Below are positions 19,885-29,041 of a stretch of DNA of 64,000 nt, one piece after another. Below the pieces are notes generated by a model that saw nothing but the letters and a program-made list of their open reading frames with translations, was not told the DNA's origin and did no database searches. The DNA lies in the NCBI GenBank assembly GCA_963841905.1, contig CAWJEM010000022.1:92835-156834 (forward strand), in the 5' to 3' direction. A program made the position numbers and the translations under genes. Origin of the DNA: an uncultured Acidobacteriota bacterium (GTDB taxonomy: Bacteria; Acidobacteriota; Vicinamibacteria; Vicinamibacterales; UBA2999). Numbering within the stretch: position 1 is the first letter of the stretch; the number at the start of each line of letters is the position of its first letter.

Positions 19885-21965
19885 TCCTGCAGTGTCGCGT
19901 TCTTCGAGTACCACTCGAGCAGGAAGCGCTGCGAATCGACGGGCTCGATGCCTTCGGGTGGGCGAACCGGTTGATAACGGCCGTCGGTCTGCAGCTCCCA
20001 CGCGCGATGCGAGTCGCTGAGCAGGGCTTCGAGGACGGTGTCTCGCAAGTGGCGCTTGAGCGTCGGATCCTGGATGGGACACACGACCTCGACCCGGCGA
20101 TCCAGGTTGCGTTCCATCAAGTCGGCGCTCCCGATGTAGAGCTCCTCCTCGCCACCGTTCAGGAAGTAGTAGATGCGTGAGTGTTCGAGGAACCGGCCGA
20201 CGATCGATCGCACCTGGATCCGGTCGCTGATACCCGGAATGCCTGGCCGCAGGCAGCACACTCCTCGAACGACCATGTCCACCTTGACGCCGGTCTGCGA
20301 CGCCCGGTAGAGCGTCTTGATCATCCCCTGATCGGCAACCGCATTGTTCTTGATGATGATGCGCGCCGGGCGTCCGGCCTGCGCATGCTCGATCTCGCGG
20401 TCGATCAGCGCCTTGAACCCTTGGCGCAGACCGACCGGCGCGACCAGCAGCGCGTTGTACGAGCGCTTGTTCGAGTATCCAGTGAGGAAATTGAACACCT
20501 CCGTCACATCGTCGACAAGCGCCTGATCGCCCGTGAGTAGCCCAATGTCGGTATAGACCTGCGTGGTGACGCGGTTGTAGTTTCCGGTCGCGACATGTGC
20601 GTAGCGGCGAATGCCGTCCGCTTCCTGCCGAACCACGAGTGTCAACTTGCAGTGGACCTTCAGGTTCACCAGGCCGTAGACGACGTGGATGCCGGCCGAC
20701 TCCAACCGGGTGGCCCACGCGATGTTGTTCCGCTCGTCGAAACGCGCCTTGAGCTCGACCAGCACGGCGACCTGCTTGCCCTGCTCGGCCGCTTCGATCA
20801 GGAGGTCGACGAGGGGCGAGTTCGCGCCGATGCGGTAGAGCGTCATCTTGATCGCGACGACTTGCGGGTCGTTCACCGCGGCAAGCAGGAATGTCTCGAT
20901 CGTCGTGAACGAATCAAAGGGGTGATGAATCAAGAAGTCCTGATCGGCAATCTCTTCGAACACCTTGTCGGATTGATCGGGCGGCCAGAGGAGGCGCGGG
21001 TGAAAGACCGGATCTTTCAAGGCCGGCCGATGCAGGCGCGTGAGCATCGACCAGTCGGCAAACCCCATGCGCTCTGCCGTGCGCACGACGATGTCATCGC
21101 CGACCTCGAAGTTTTCGACCAGAATGTTGAGGACACGGCGCGGCATATCCTCCTCGACCTGTAACAGCGACAGCGCGCCGTAGCGCAGCTGCTTGAGGCC
21201 ACGATCCACGGTCTCGAGCAGGTCATCCGCCTCGTCCTCCTGGATCACCATGTCGGTGTCGCGGATGATGCGGAACAAGTGCGCGCCTTCGACCTGAGTT
21301 CCTGGAAACAGCTCCTGGATGTTGCGGCGAATGGCGTCCTCGAGAAAGACGTACGACGTTCCGGCACCCGGACGCGGTGACAGAGCCTCGGGAATCGCGA
21401 CAAACCGCGGCAGCATCCCGGGCACCTTCACGCGGGCGAACTTGGTGCGGCCGCTGTGCTTGACTCGCACGGCCAGGTTCATGCTGAGGTTCGAGATGTA
21501 CGGAAACGGGTGGCCCGGATCAAAGGCCAGCGGCGTCAGGACCGGGAAGATATGGGTGCCGAAGTATTGCGTGAGCCACTGGTCCATCGCCGGCGTGTAT
21601 TCACCAGGGTCGATGAAGTGGATGCCTTCGGCGGCGAGCAGCGGCCGCAACGACGTCGACCAGCACGCGGACTGGAGGTCCATTTGCTCGAGGGCCCGCT
21701 GCCGAATCACAGCCAGCTCCTGTTCGGTGTTGAGCCCGTCGATCGACACATCGTCGATATCGGCGCGGAACTTCTTCAAGATGGTCGCTACCCGCACCAT
21801 GAAAAACTCGTCGAGGTTGGACCCCGTGATCGCGAGGAACTTGACGCGCTCGAGGAGTGGGTGATAGGCGTCTTGCGCCTGGGCCAGCACGCGGTGATTG
21901 AATTCGAGCCAACTCAGCTCTCTATTTATATAGAGAGCGGGCGACCCGAGGTCTGCGCTGTCCAT
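19881..21965 (-). CDS. ppk1: Polyphosphate kinase 1
   Basis: YINRELSWLEFNHRVLAQAQD...FMVRVA...HCKLTLVVRQE...TGNYN...HSRIYYF. I prefer the ATG at 21965 (MDSADLG...) over the track start at 22109, because PPK1 proteins begin just before the YxNRELSWL motif. Confidence 0.93.
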   Translation of the reverse strand: MDSADLGSPALYINRELSWLEFNHRVLAQAQDAYHPLLERVKFLAITGSNLDEFFMVRVATILKKFRADIDDVSIDGLNTEQELAVIRQRALEQMDLQSACWSTSLRPLLAAEGIHFIDPGEYTPAMDQWLTQYFGTHIFPVLTPLAFDPGHPFPYISNLSMNLAVRVKHSGRTKFARVKVPGMLPRFVAIPEALSPRPGAGTSYVFLEDAIRRNIQELFPGTQVEGAHLFRIIRDTDMVIQEDEADDLLETVDRGLKQLRYGALSLLQVEEDMPRRVLNILVENFEVGDDIVVRTAERMGFADWSMLTRLHRPALKDPVFHPRLLWPPDQSDKVFEEIADQDFLIHHPFDSFTTIETFLLAAVNDPQVVAIKMTLYRIGANSPLVDLLIEAAEQGKQVAVLVELKARFDERNNIAWATRLESAGIHVVYGLVNLKVHCKLTLVVRQEADGIRRYAHVATGNYNRVTTQVYTDIGLLTGDQALVDDVTEVFNFLTGYSNKRSYNALLVAPVGLRQGFKALIDREIEHAQAGRPARIIIKNNAVADQGMIKTLYRASQTGVKVDMVVRGVCCLRPGIPGISDRIQVRSIVGRFLEHSRIYYFLNGGEEELYIGSADLMERNLDRRVEVVCPIQDPTLKRHLRDTVLEALLSDSHRAWELQTDGRYQPVRPPEGIEPVDSQRFLLEWYSKNATLQD

Positions 21966-22155
21966 TGACGACCAGTCGACGGCGGGCGTGGGCTGTGGAC
22001 GGCTTTCGCCGGTTCGTCGGGCGCGGGTCCGTCTCAGTGTTGGACCTAGCAGTGGCGGGGACGGGACCGGAAGTAAGTTGACGGTACGACGCGAGCGCGG
22101 ATCTGTCATGCGGGTTCAACTGAGCATAGCAAACTGCGGTGACTCGAGCCCGGCC

Positions 22156-23637
22156 TTACGGAAAGCACACGCGAATCGATGGCGGCCCACTCAGCCCATC
22201 ACGAGCCACGCCGCGCACCTGCACGCACTCGCCGGTCGTGCCTACGACTTCGGCCGCATTCTCGACGAGAGGCGTCCGGTCCGTCACGAGGCCGTTCCGA
22301 ACGCGCTCCAAGGCGTAAGAGATGGGCGCCACGCCCTCCGTGTCCGGCGTCCAAGCCGCAAACAGCCGGGTATCGTCGAATTCGGCCGTCAGCTGCGGCG
22401 GTCGCGGGACGGCTGAGAAGTCGGGCACGATTCGAACGATGCTTCCTCGCGCGTAATTCAGCACCAACAGTTCGCCATCGTGATCGGCGCCAAACGAGCT
22501 GATCAAGCCCAGTTGCGCGTCGCCCCCAAGGCTTTCGGTGTGTTCACGCACGTCGACCACACTGGCTTCGCCACTGGTTGAATCCAGCTGCAACCCAAGC
22601 GAAAACAGTCGGCCGCTGGCGAAGTCCCCGTAAAAATAGCGGCCGTTCAGGCTCGGATCGAGCCCCTCCCCTCGGTAGATCAGTCCGCCGGTTATCGCGG
22701 CGCCGATGTCCCGACCGTAGTCGTGGATGGGCTCGGTCAGCGGCAGGTACGCCGGCCGCGTCCGCATATCGAACGGCTCATGGCCCTCACGCAGGCGCCA
22801 GCCGTAGTTTCGTCCGCCTCGCCCGGATGGTTCGAAATTCACCTCTTCGCGCGAGTTTTGGCCAACGTCGGCGATCATCAACGCTGACGTCCCCCCGCGG
22901 GTCCAGTCATCGAAGCTGTAGCGCCACGGGTTGCGGAGACCAAACGCCCAGATCTCGGCCAACGCACGGACCGGCCGGCCATCGACGAATGGATTGTCGT
23001 CCGGCACGCGATAACCACGCGAATCATCGTCCGGCACGTTGACATCGATGCGCAGCATCTTGCCGAGCAGCGAGTCCAGGCCCTGGGCATGGTTCATGGG
23101 GTCGCCGCCGCTGCCGCCATCACCGAGACCGATGTACAGATAGCCCTCCGGGCCGAACGCAAGATGACCGCCGTTATGATTCGAGAACGGCTGATCGATG
23201 ACCCGACGACCGTTTGGCCACTGCAGATCGAACCGCGACTCGGGATCTGCGCGTAGGGAATCCTCGGCGTCACGCCGAAAGCGCGCGACAACGGTGTCAC
23301 CGTTTCGATTGGTGAAGTTGACGAAGAAGCGTCGGGACTCGGCATAGTCCGGGGCCAGGGCAAGACCCAGCAGCCCGCGTTCGCCCCCGCTCGCGACGTC
23401 ACGTTGGAGATCGAGGAACGGCTGCTCGCGCACCATGCCGTCGCGCACGACGCGGACCAACCCGCCCTGCTCGACAACGATGAAGGTGGCGGGCTGAGTG
23501 GGATCGGCCACGACTGCAACCGGGTCCTGCAGGCCGGTCGCTACGACCTGGCTGGCGATCTGCGGCGCGCACGGGCTGGCAGTCGCGAGGCTCGCGAGAA
23601 GTGCCAGAACAGCGCTCCGACCCATACGAAGGAGCAT
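22156..23637 (-). CDS. PQQ-dependent sugar (glucose/sorbosone) dehydrogenase family protein, secreted, with a C-terminal extra domain
   Basis: Signal peptide MLLRMGRSAVLALLASLATA. GERGLLGLALAPDY...NHNGGHLAFGPEGYLYIGLGDGGSGGDP...GKMLRIDV...IWAFGLRNPWRYSFD...DVGQNSREEVN...NYGW. Confidence 0.8.
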   Translation of the reverse strand: MLLRMGRSAVLALLASLATASPCAPQIASQVVATGLQDPVAVVADPTQPATFIVVEQGGLVRVVRDGMVREQPFLDLQRDVASGGERGLLGLALAPDYAESRRFFVNFTNRNGDTVVARFRRDAEDSLRADPESRFDLQWPNGRRVIDQPFSNHNGGHLAFGPEGYLYIGLGDGGSGGDPMNHAQGLDSLLGKMLRIDVNVPDDDSRGYRVPDDNPFVDGRPVRALAEIWAFGLRNPWRYSFDDWTRGGTSALMIADVGQNSREEVNFEPSGRGGRNYGWRLREGHEPFDMRTRPAYLPLTEPIHDYGRDIGAAITGGLIYRGEGLDPSLNGRYFYGDFASGRLFSLGLQLDSTSGEASVVDVREHTESLGGDAQLGLISSFGADHDGELLVLNYARGSIVRIVPDFSAVPRPPQLTAEFDDTRLFAAWTPDTEGVAPISYALERVRNGLVTDRTPLVENAAEVVGTTGECVQVRGVARDGLSGPPSIRVCFP

Positions 23638-23704
23638 ATCCCGCGAGCGGTACGCTGACAGTGCGAATCCGCGGCGTGGCCCGGTGGAGAACAGCTCGGG
23701 CTAG

Positions 23705-23749
23705 TTAACATTGTTAAGATCAACAACATGATAATCTTAACAACGTTAA
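23705..23749. promoter_or_regulatory. Candidate TetR operator: 16-nt inverted repeat TTAACATTGTTAAGAT / ATCTTAACAACGTTAA
   Basis: 15 of 16 complementary arms at 23705-23720 and 23734-23749. AT-rich island ending 1 nt before the TetR ATG (23751). Confidence 0.6.
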
Positions 23750-23750
23750 T

Positions 23751-24386
23751 ATGAGGCGCCCGAAAAGCCACTACCATCATGGATCGCTCCGCGCCGCCCT
23801 GATTGAGTCGACGGCGCGTCTGGTAGCAGAGAAGGGGCCGAGCGGTGTCACCCTGCGCGAGGCCGCGCGACGCGTCGGCGTGTCGGAAGCGGCGCCGTAT
23901 CAGCACTTCGCCGATAAGTCAGCGCTGCTGACCGGAGTGGCAGACGCCGGCTTCGAATTGCTTCAATTGTCGATTTCCGCAGCTCTCGAAACTGCGCCCT
24001 CCGATCCGGTGGATCGCCTCGAGGCGCTGAGCCTCGCCTATCTGCGATTCGCTCTCGATCGACCGCACTATTTCCGGCTGATGTTCGGTCGGCTGAGTGA
24101 TGCTCGTACCACGACGGCCGCCCCTGCCGTTCCGCTCTTCGACCACTTCGTCGAATCCGTTCGTGCCGCGCGTCTGAGTCACGGCCATGACGATGAGGAT
24201 TCGCTGAACGCGGCGGCGTTGCTCTGGTCCGTGCCGCACGGCTTGGCCTTGCTCTATCTCGACGGGTCGATTGACGCGGGGATTGGACCGCGCGCGCTCG
24301 AGGATCTGATACGAGCTGGCGTTCGTGCGCTGGTGGCGGCGCCGTTGCCCGAGGTCGGGAACAGCGAACCGACGTGGGGAATCTAA
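23751..24386 (+). CDS. TetR/AcrR family transcriptional regulator
   Basis: HHGSLRAALIESTARLVAEKGPSGVTLREAARRVGVSEAAPYQHFADKSALL is the TetR HTH signature. Confidence 0.9.
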   Translation: MRRPKSHYHHGSLRAALIESTARLVAEKGPSGVTLREAARRVGVSEAAPYQHFADKSALLTGVADAGFELLQLSISAALETAPSDPVDRLEALSLAYLRFALDRPHYFRLMFGRLSDARTTTAAPAVPLFDHFVESVRAARLSHGHDDEDSLNAAALLWSVPHGLALLYLDGSIDAGIGPRALEDLIRAGVRALVAAPLPEVGNSEPTWGI

Positions 24387-24455
24387 AGCACGGAAACACG
24401 GAACATCGGAAGTGTCGTTTTGTGCCTACTGTGGCTTCCGCCTTAAGGCGGAAGC
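24387..24455. repeat. CACGGAA heptamer array followed by the hairpin GCTTCCGCC-TTAA-GGCGGAAGC
   Basis: agcacggaa acacggaa catcggaag directly after the TetR stop, then a 9-bp perfect stem at 24434-24455 whose arms match the unit (CGGAAG/CTTCCG). Confidence 0.8.
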
Positions 24456-24618
24456 TACGCGTGGTTCGCTTTGCGGCCCAGGTGGCTCCGCGATCGCAAT
24501 TTTGAAGTAGCGGCGCTGCACTCGCGTGCGACAAAGGCGAATGATCAAACCCAGGGTTTCGGACGAAGCCGTACAGCGCGCAACTGGACGGGCTTGGGCT
24601 GAATGGTGCCGGCTGCTT

Positions 24619-24806
24619 TAGTCAGTGATCAGTGATCGGTGATCCGGTGATCCGTGATCAGTTAACGACTGACCACGGACCACCGACCACCGACCGGACC
24701 ACGACCGACCACTGACCACCGACCACCTGACCACGGACCACCGACCACTGACCACCGGACCACGGACCACTGACCACTGACCAGGGACCACCGACCTAGT
24801 CAGTGA
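24619..24806. repeat. GTGATCA/GACCAC(C/T/G) array: about 42-nt left arm and about 130-nt right arm
   Basis: gtcagtgatcagtgatcggtgatccggtgatccgtgatcag ttaac gactgaccacggaccaccgaccaccgacc...(about 18 units). TAGTCAGTGA occurs at both ends (24619-24628 and 24797-24806, the latter overlapping the TauE stop). Confidence 0.85.
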
Positions 24807-25542
24807 GCCACAAAAGGACCGCGAATACGATCACCGTCACGGTGACGACGCCTTCGAGCCATTTGTGTCCGCGGAGGACCGCGAGTCGGACACCCACCAC
24901 ACCTCCGACAAGGTTGCCAACTCCCAGCGCGATGCCAGTCGGCCAGTCGACGTTGCCGGTACCGGCAAAGACGGCCAGAGACAAGAGCGTCAGCAGCGAC
25001 ATCGCGAAGACCTTGACCGCATTGCCTCGCACGAGGTCGAGACCCGCGAGGTTGGTCATCGCCAGGGTGAGAAAGCCTACACCTGCCTGAAGGAAACCAC
25101 CGTAGAGCCCGACCACGAAAAATCCCAGGACCATCGTCCAGTGCCAGGGACTGCGGGTCGGTGACGGCTTCTCGGCAGAGATCGAGTGCCGGAAGAGCGT
25201 CGAGAGGGTCATTGCCAGCATAACGATCGACAGGATGCGACGAAACGCGATGTCCGGCACTCTCAGTGCGCCCCACACACCGATGCCAGCGCCCAACAAC
25301 GCCGGCGTGCTGACCGCCAGCGCCCATCGCCAATCGAGAACGCGGTGTCGATGAAAGCCCCAGGCGGCTGCGACGTTCTGGGTCACGATGCCCACGCGGT
25401 TGGTGCCGTTTGCGACCGATGCCGGCAATCCGAGAAAGAGCAGGAGCGGCAGGGTCAGAAAGGAACCGCCGGCAGCGAGAACGTTGATCACGCCGGCGAT
25501 GAATCCAATCACGACACAGGCAAGAAACGCGACGGGTGACAC
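24796..25542 (-). CDS. TauE/SafE (DUF81) family sulfite/anion exporter
   Basis: 248 aa, polytopic. VINVLAAGGSFLTLPLLLFLGLPASVANGTNRVGIV... and a second repeat half. Confidence 0.85.
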   Translation of the reverse strand: MSPVAFLACVVIGFIAGVINVLAAGGSFLTLPLLLFLGLPASVANGTNRVGIVTQNVAAAWGFHRHRVLDWRWALAVSTPALLGAGIGVWGALRVPDIAFRRILSIVMLAMTLSTLFRHSISAEKPSPTRSPWHWTMVLGFFVVGLYGGFLQAGVGFLTLAMTNLAGLDLVRGNAVKVFAMSLLTLLSLAVFAGTGNVDWPTGIALGVGNLVGGVVGVRLAVLRGHKWLEGVVTVTVIVFAVLLWLTD

Positions 25543-25670
25543 TAGCGACGCTCCGCCGCGAGTTGTTCAGAAGCGATGCGGAAGGCGTCCCAGAAGGGTG
25601 GTTTGATTCTCACGACAGCGGCTTGGATTGGAAGATGTCTGGAGCTTATCGCTTCCTGTAGAGTACGCGT

Positions 25671-27665
25671 GTGACGCCCCACGGCATCCTGCAGGAGCTC
25701 GTCCTCGTGTACGCGCTCGCGGTCCTGCTTCTGATGCTGGGCGCACGCCTGCGAGTGCCATCGATTGTGGCCCTCATCGTTGCCGGTGTGATCGCCGGTC
25801 CCGCCGGCGTCGGACTGATGAAGTCGCAGGAAGATGTTGACCTCCTCGCGGAAGTCGGGGTCGCGCTGCTGCTGTTTACCGCCGGGCTCGAATTCTCGCT
25901 GAGCGATCTGCGGCGCACCTGGCGGAGCATCGTGCCAGGAGGACTCGCCCAGGTGCTCCTCACGGTCGTTGCGACGGGTGGCTTGATCGCACTCTTCGCT
26001 GGCGGATCGTTCAATCGTCTGTGGATTGTGGGCCTGTTCGTCGCGCTCTCGAGCACGGCGGTCGTGCTCAAGGAGCTCGCGCGCCGCAATCACCTCCACT
26101 CGCCACACGGAAAGATCACGGTTGGCGTCCTGCTCCTGCAGGACTTCGTCGTGATCGCGCTCCTGGCCACCGTACCCACGCTGCTGGGCAAGGGCCCCGC
26201 ACGTGGCGGTGTCGCCGCGGCGTTGCTCAACCTGCTCATGGTCAGCGGAAGCGTCCTCCTGGTCGGACGCGTGTTGCTGCCACGCTTGCTCCGCGCTGCT
26301 GCGGCGCTCTCACGCGAAGCGTTCGCGCTGTCGGTGCTGCTCGCCAGCGTCGGTACGGCCTACCTCGCACAGTTGCTGGGCCTTTCCATGGCGGCCGGCG
26401 CGTTTCTGGGCGGCCTGATTCTCGCAGAGGGTGAATTCAGCCATCAGGTCCACGCCGATGTCCGACCGCTGCGCGACCTGCTGGCCAGCCTCTTCTTCGT
26501 CTCGGTCGGCATGCTGATCGACGTACGAGCAATGGCGCCCGTACTGCCAGTGGTGCTGGTCGTAGCCGTGGGAGTCGTGACACTCAAAGTCGCGGTCGCT
26601 TTTGGCGCCTTGGCGGTCGCATGCGCCCCGCCGCGGGTGGCGCTGGCATCGGCGGTGGCACTGGCGCAGGTCGGTGAGTTCTCATTCTTGCTGGGACGCG
26701 CGGCGCTCGATGGCGGCGTGATCACGCAGGAATGGTGGCAAGTTCTGTTGGGGGCCAGCGTCCTGACGATGGCCGCCACGCCGTTTCTCATTGGTGCGGC
26801 GCCCGATCTTGCCGCGTGGACGATGCGCGGGCGCGCCGGCGCGCCACTCACGTTGGACACGCAACGCGACACGCTCAAGGATCACGTCGTCATTCTCGGG
26901 TACGGGATTGGCGGACAGCTGGTTGCGCAGTCACTCGCGGAGTTGTCGGTGCCGTACGTCGTGCTCGAACTGAATGGTGCGACCGTCCGCAACGCGCTCG
27001 CGCGCGGCGTGAATATCCACTATGCCGACGTGACGGCGCCGGAGCCGCTCGAGGCGGCTGGGGTCGCGCGAGCCGCTGCTGTCGTGGCGCTTCTCAGCGA
27101 TCCCGACGCCTCGGAGCGCGCAATCAAAGCCGTACGCGCCCTCAATCCGCACGTTCCCGTGATCGCGAGAACACGATACCGGCTCGAAGCGGAGCGGCTG
27201 GCCGCTGCGGGCGCGACGCTGGCGGTAGCCGAGGAGCTCGAGGCATCGCTGGAAGTGCTGTCGCAGTTGATGATGCGCCTTCACATTCCGGGGAACGTTG
27301 TCGAGACCCTCGTCGACAATTACCGTCGTGTGCTCGGCACGCCGACGGGACGCGCGACCCGCGCGCCGGCGGTGCCGTACGATCAGATGCCAAAGGAGAT
27401 TCTCGATGCGCCGGTGTCGAGCTTCCGCCTTGGTGCGGACGCGTGGGCGGCTGGACGTTCGCTGCAGGAATTGAATCTGCGCGCGCAGACGGGCGCGACG
27501 GTGCTGGCGATCAGACGTGGTGGCTCGACCATTACGAGCCCCGTTGGATCTTTCCGGCTTCAGGCACATGACGACGTGTTTCTGCTGGGGGATGACAGCG
27601 ACGTGCTGCTGGCCCGCAGTTTTTTGAGTGATGGACCGCGTGCCCGGGGTCTGGCCCCCCAGTGA
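25671..27665 (+). CDS. Kef-type (CPA2) cation:proton antiporter with RCK (TrkA-N and TrkA-C) domains
   Basis: 664 aa. About 12 TM segments, then HVVILGYGIGGQLVAQSL (Rossmann fold) and a C-terminal RCK_C-like region (LRAQTGATVLAIRRGGSTITSP...DDVFLLG). GTG start. Confidence 0.85.
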   Translation: MTPHGILQELVLVYALAVLLLMLGARLRVPSIVALIVAGVIAGPAGVGLMKSQEDVDLLAEVGVALLLFTAGLEFSLSDLRRTWRSIVPGGLAQVLLTVVATGGLIALFAGGSFNRLWIVGLFVALSSTAVVLKELARRNHLHSPHGKITVGVLLLQDFVVIALLATVPTLLGKGPARGGVAAALLNLLMVSGSVLLVGRVLLPRLLRAAAALSREAFALSVLLASVGTAYLAQLLGLSMAAGAFLGGLILAEGEFSHQVHADVRPLRDLLASLFFVSVGMLIDVRAMAPVLPVVLVVAVGVVTLKVAVAFGALAVACAPPRVALASAVALAQVGEFSFLLGRAALDGGVITQEWWQVLLGASVLTMAATPFLIGAAPDLAAWTMRGRAGAPLTLDTQRDTLKDHVVILGYGIGGQLVAQSLAELSVPYVVLELNGATVRNALARGVNIHYADVTAPEPLEAAGVARAAAVVALLSDPDASERAIKAVRALNPHVPVIARTRYRLEAERLAAAGATLAVAEELEASLEVLSQLMMRLHIPGNVVETLVDNYRRVLGTPTGRATRAPAVPYDQMPKEILDAPVSSFRLGADAWAAGRSLQELNLRAQTGATVLAIRRGGSTITSPVGSFRLQAHDDVFLLGDDSDVLLARSFLSDGPRARGLAPQ

Positions 27666-27817
27666 CATTCGGAGACAAGCTGCGCATCGGTGCGCGCAGA
27701 GCATGTAGTCGATTTGTTTCCCGCATTCCAACGCAACCGTGTAAAATTCTCCGCGTTATATAGTCCGTGCGGTGCCGCTGAGGTCGCGGCACTACCAATT
27801 AGGTAAGGAGGAAGCCC

Positions 27818-29008
27818 ATGTCGCTGTCCCGTCGGCGACTGTTTCAACGGTTCGGCTCGGCGCCCCTCAATGGAGAGTGGATCGCCGCGCGTGGCCGTGA
27901 GGCAGCCGTAGCCGAAGGTTCCCTGGAGTTCGCGCAGCAACAGCGCGCGGCCGCCAGTTCGAACGTCATTCGCATCGCCAGCAACGAGAACCCACTCGGC
28001 CCCGGGCAGCACGTGGTCGACATCATTGTCGGCAAGTTTCCCGAGGCTGGCCGTTATCCGTTCAATGCCCAGCAGCGCGAACCCGTGCTGGTCAAGGCGC
28101 TGGCCAGCAAATACAGTGTGAGCGACAACCAGATTGCGTTGGGCCCGGGCTCCGGTGAGATTCTCTCGAATTCGGTACGTGCCTTCACCTCGCCGAGCAA
28201 ACCGCTGGCGACGGCTTGGCCGACCTTCGAGAACCCGCGCGACACGGCCCGCAAGATTGGGACCGAAGTGCGTGCGATAGACCTCGATGCCAACTTGCGA
28301 ATCAACATCGACAAGCTCGTCGAGGCATCCAAGGGTGCGGGTCTCGTTTTCTTCTGCAACCCCAACAACCCGACTGCAACGGTTCACGGTGCGCCGGCAG
28401 TTGCCGATTTCGTCAAGCGGGTGCGTGCCGCGTCACCGGAGACGGTCATTCTGATCGACGAGGCGTATCACGACTACGTCACGGATCCGGCGTACAAGAC
28501 GGCAATGGACATCGCCAAGAGCACGCCCAACGTCTTCGTGGCCCGAACCTTCTCGAAGGCGTACGGCATGGCGGGTCTGCGAGTGGGCTACGCCGTTGGC
28601 GATGCCGAAGTGATCAAACGGCTGAACGAGTTCCGGATGCCGTACGCGGTGAACCTGCCAGCAATTGCTGCCGCGACCGGCGCGCTCGCCAATCAGAAGC
28701 ACATCGACGAGGAGCGCGGTCGCAACACGTCGGTGAAAACGTTCACCATCAAGGCATTCGAACAGATGGGGTTCAAGGCGACCGATTCGCAGACCAACTT
28801 CATCTTCGTCAACATCAACCGTCCCGCCGCGGCCTTCCGCGACGCTTGCCGTGAGGCGGGCGTAATGGTCGGACGCGACTTCCCGCCCTACGAGAAGACC
28901 CACTGCCGCATCTCCATCGGCACCCAGCAGGAGATGGAGCGCGCGGTCGGCGTCTTCAAGAAGGTCCTGGCAGCCAGCACGAGCACGGCCAACCAGGGGC
29001 GGCAGTAA
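27818..29008 (+). CDS. HisC-like class-II PLP aminotransferase with an N-terminal RR motif
   Basis: MSLSRRRLFQRFGS...IRIASNENPLGPG...FFCNPNNPTATV...LIDEAYHDY...RTFSKAYGMAGLRVGYA. AAGGAGGA RBS. Confidence 0.85.
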   Translation: MSLSRRRLFQRFGSAPLNGEWIAARGREAAVAEGSLEFAQQQRAAASSNVIRIASNENPLGPGQHVVDIIVGKFPEAGRYPFNAQQREPVLVKALASKYSVSDNQIALGPGSGEILSNSVRAFTSPSKPLATAWPTFENPRDTARKIGTEVRAIDLDANLRINIDKLVEASKGAGLVFFCNPNNPTATVHGAPAVADFVKRVRAASPETVILIDEAYHDYVTDPAYKTAMDIAKSTPNVFVARTFSKAYGMAGLRVGYAVGDAEVIKRLNEFRMPYAVNLPAIAAATGALANQKHIDEERGRNTSVKTFTIKAFEQMGFKATDSQTNFIFVNINRPAAAFRDACREAGVMVGRDFPPYEKTHCRISIGTQQEMERAVGVFKKVLAASTSTANQGRQ

Positions 29009-29041
29009 CAGGGATTTGAGAAGGTGAAGGAGGATTCCGTT

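Noticed and set aside
21966-22109. Upstream start for ppk1 (742 aa)
   Set aside because: The extra 48 aa are Pro/Arg-rich and non-conserved. PPK1 homologues begin shortly before YxNRELSWLEFN.
24619-24806. Calling the repeat arrays MITEs or mobile elements
   Set aside because: Only this one locus shows a flanking direct repeat, and that repeat may simply be part of the unit. There are no terminal inverted repeats distinct from the array and no transposase anywhere in the window. I kept it as a hypothesis in the findings, not as a feature call.
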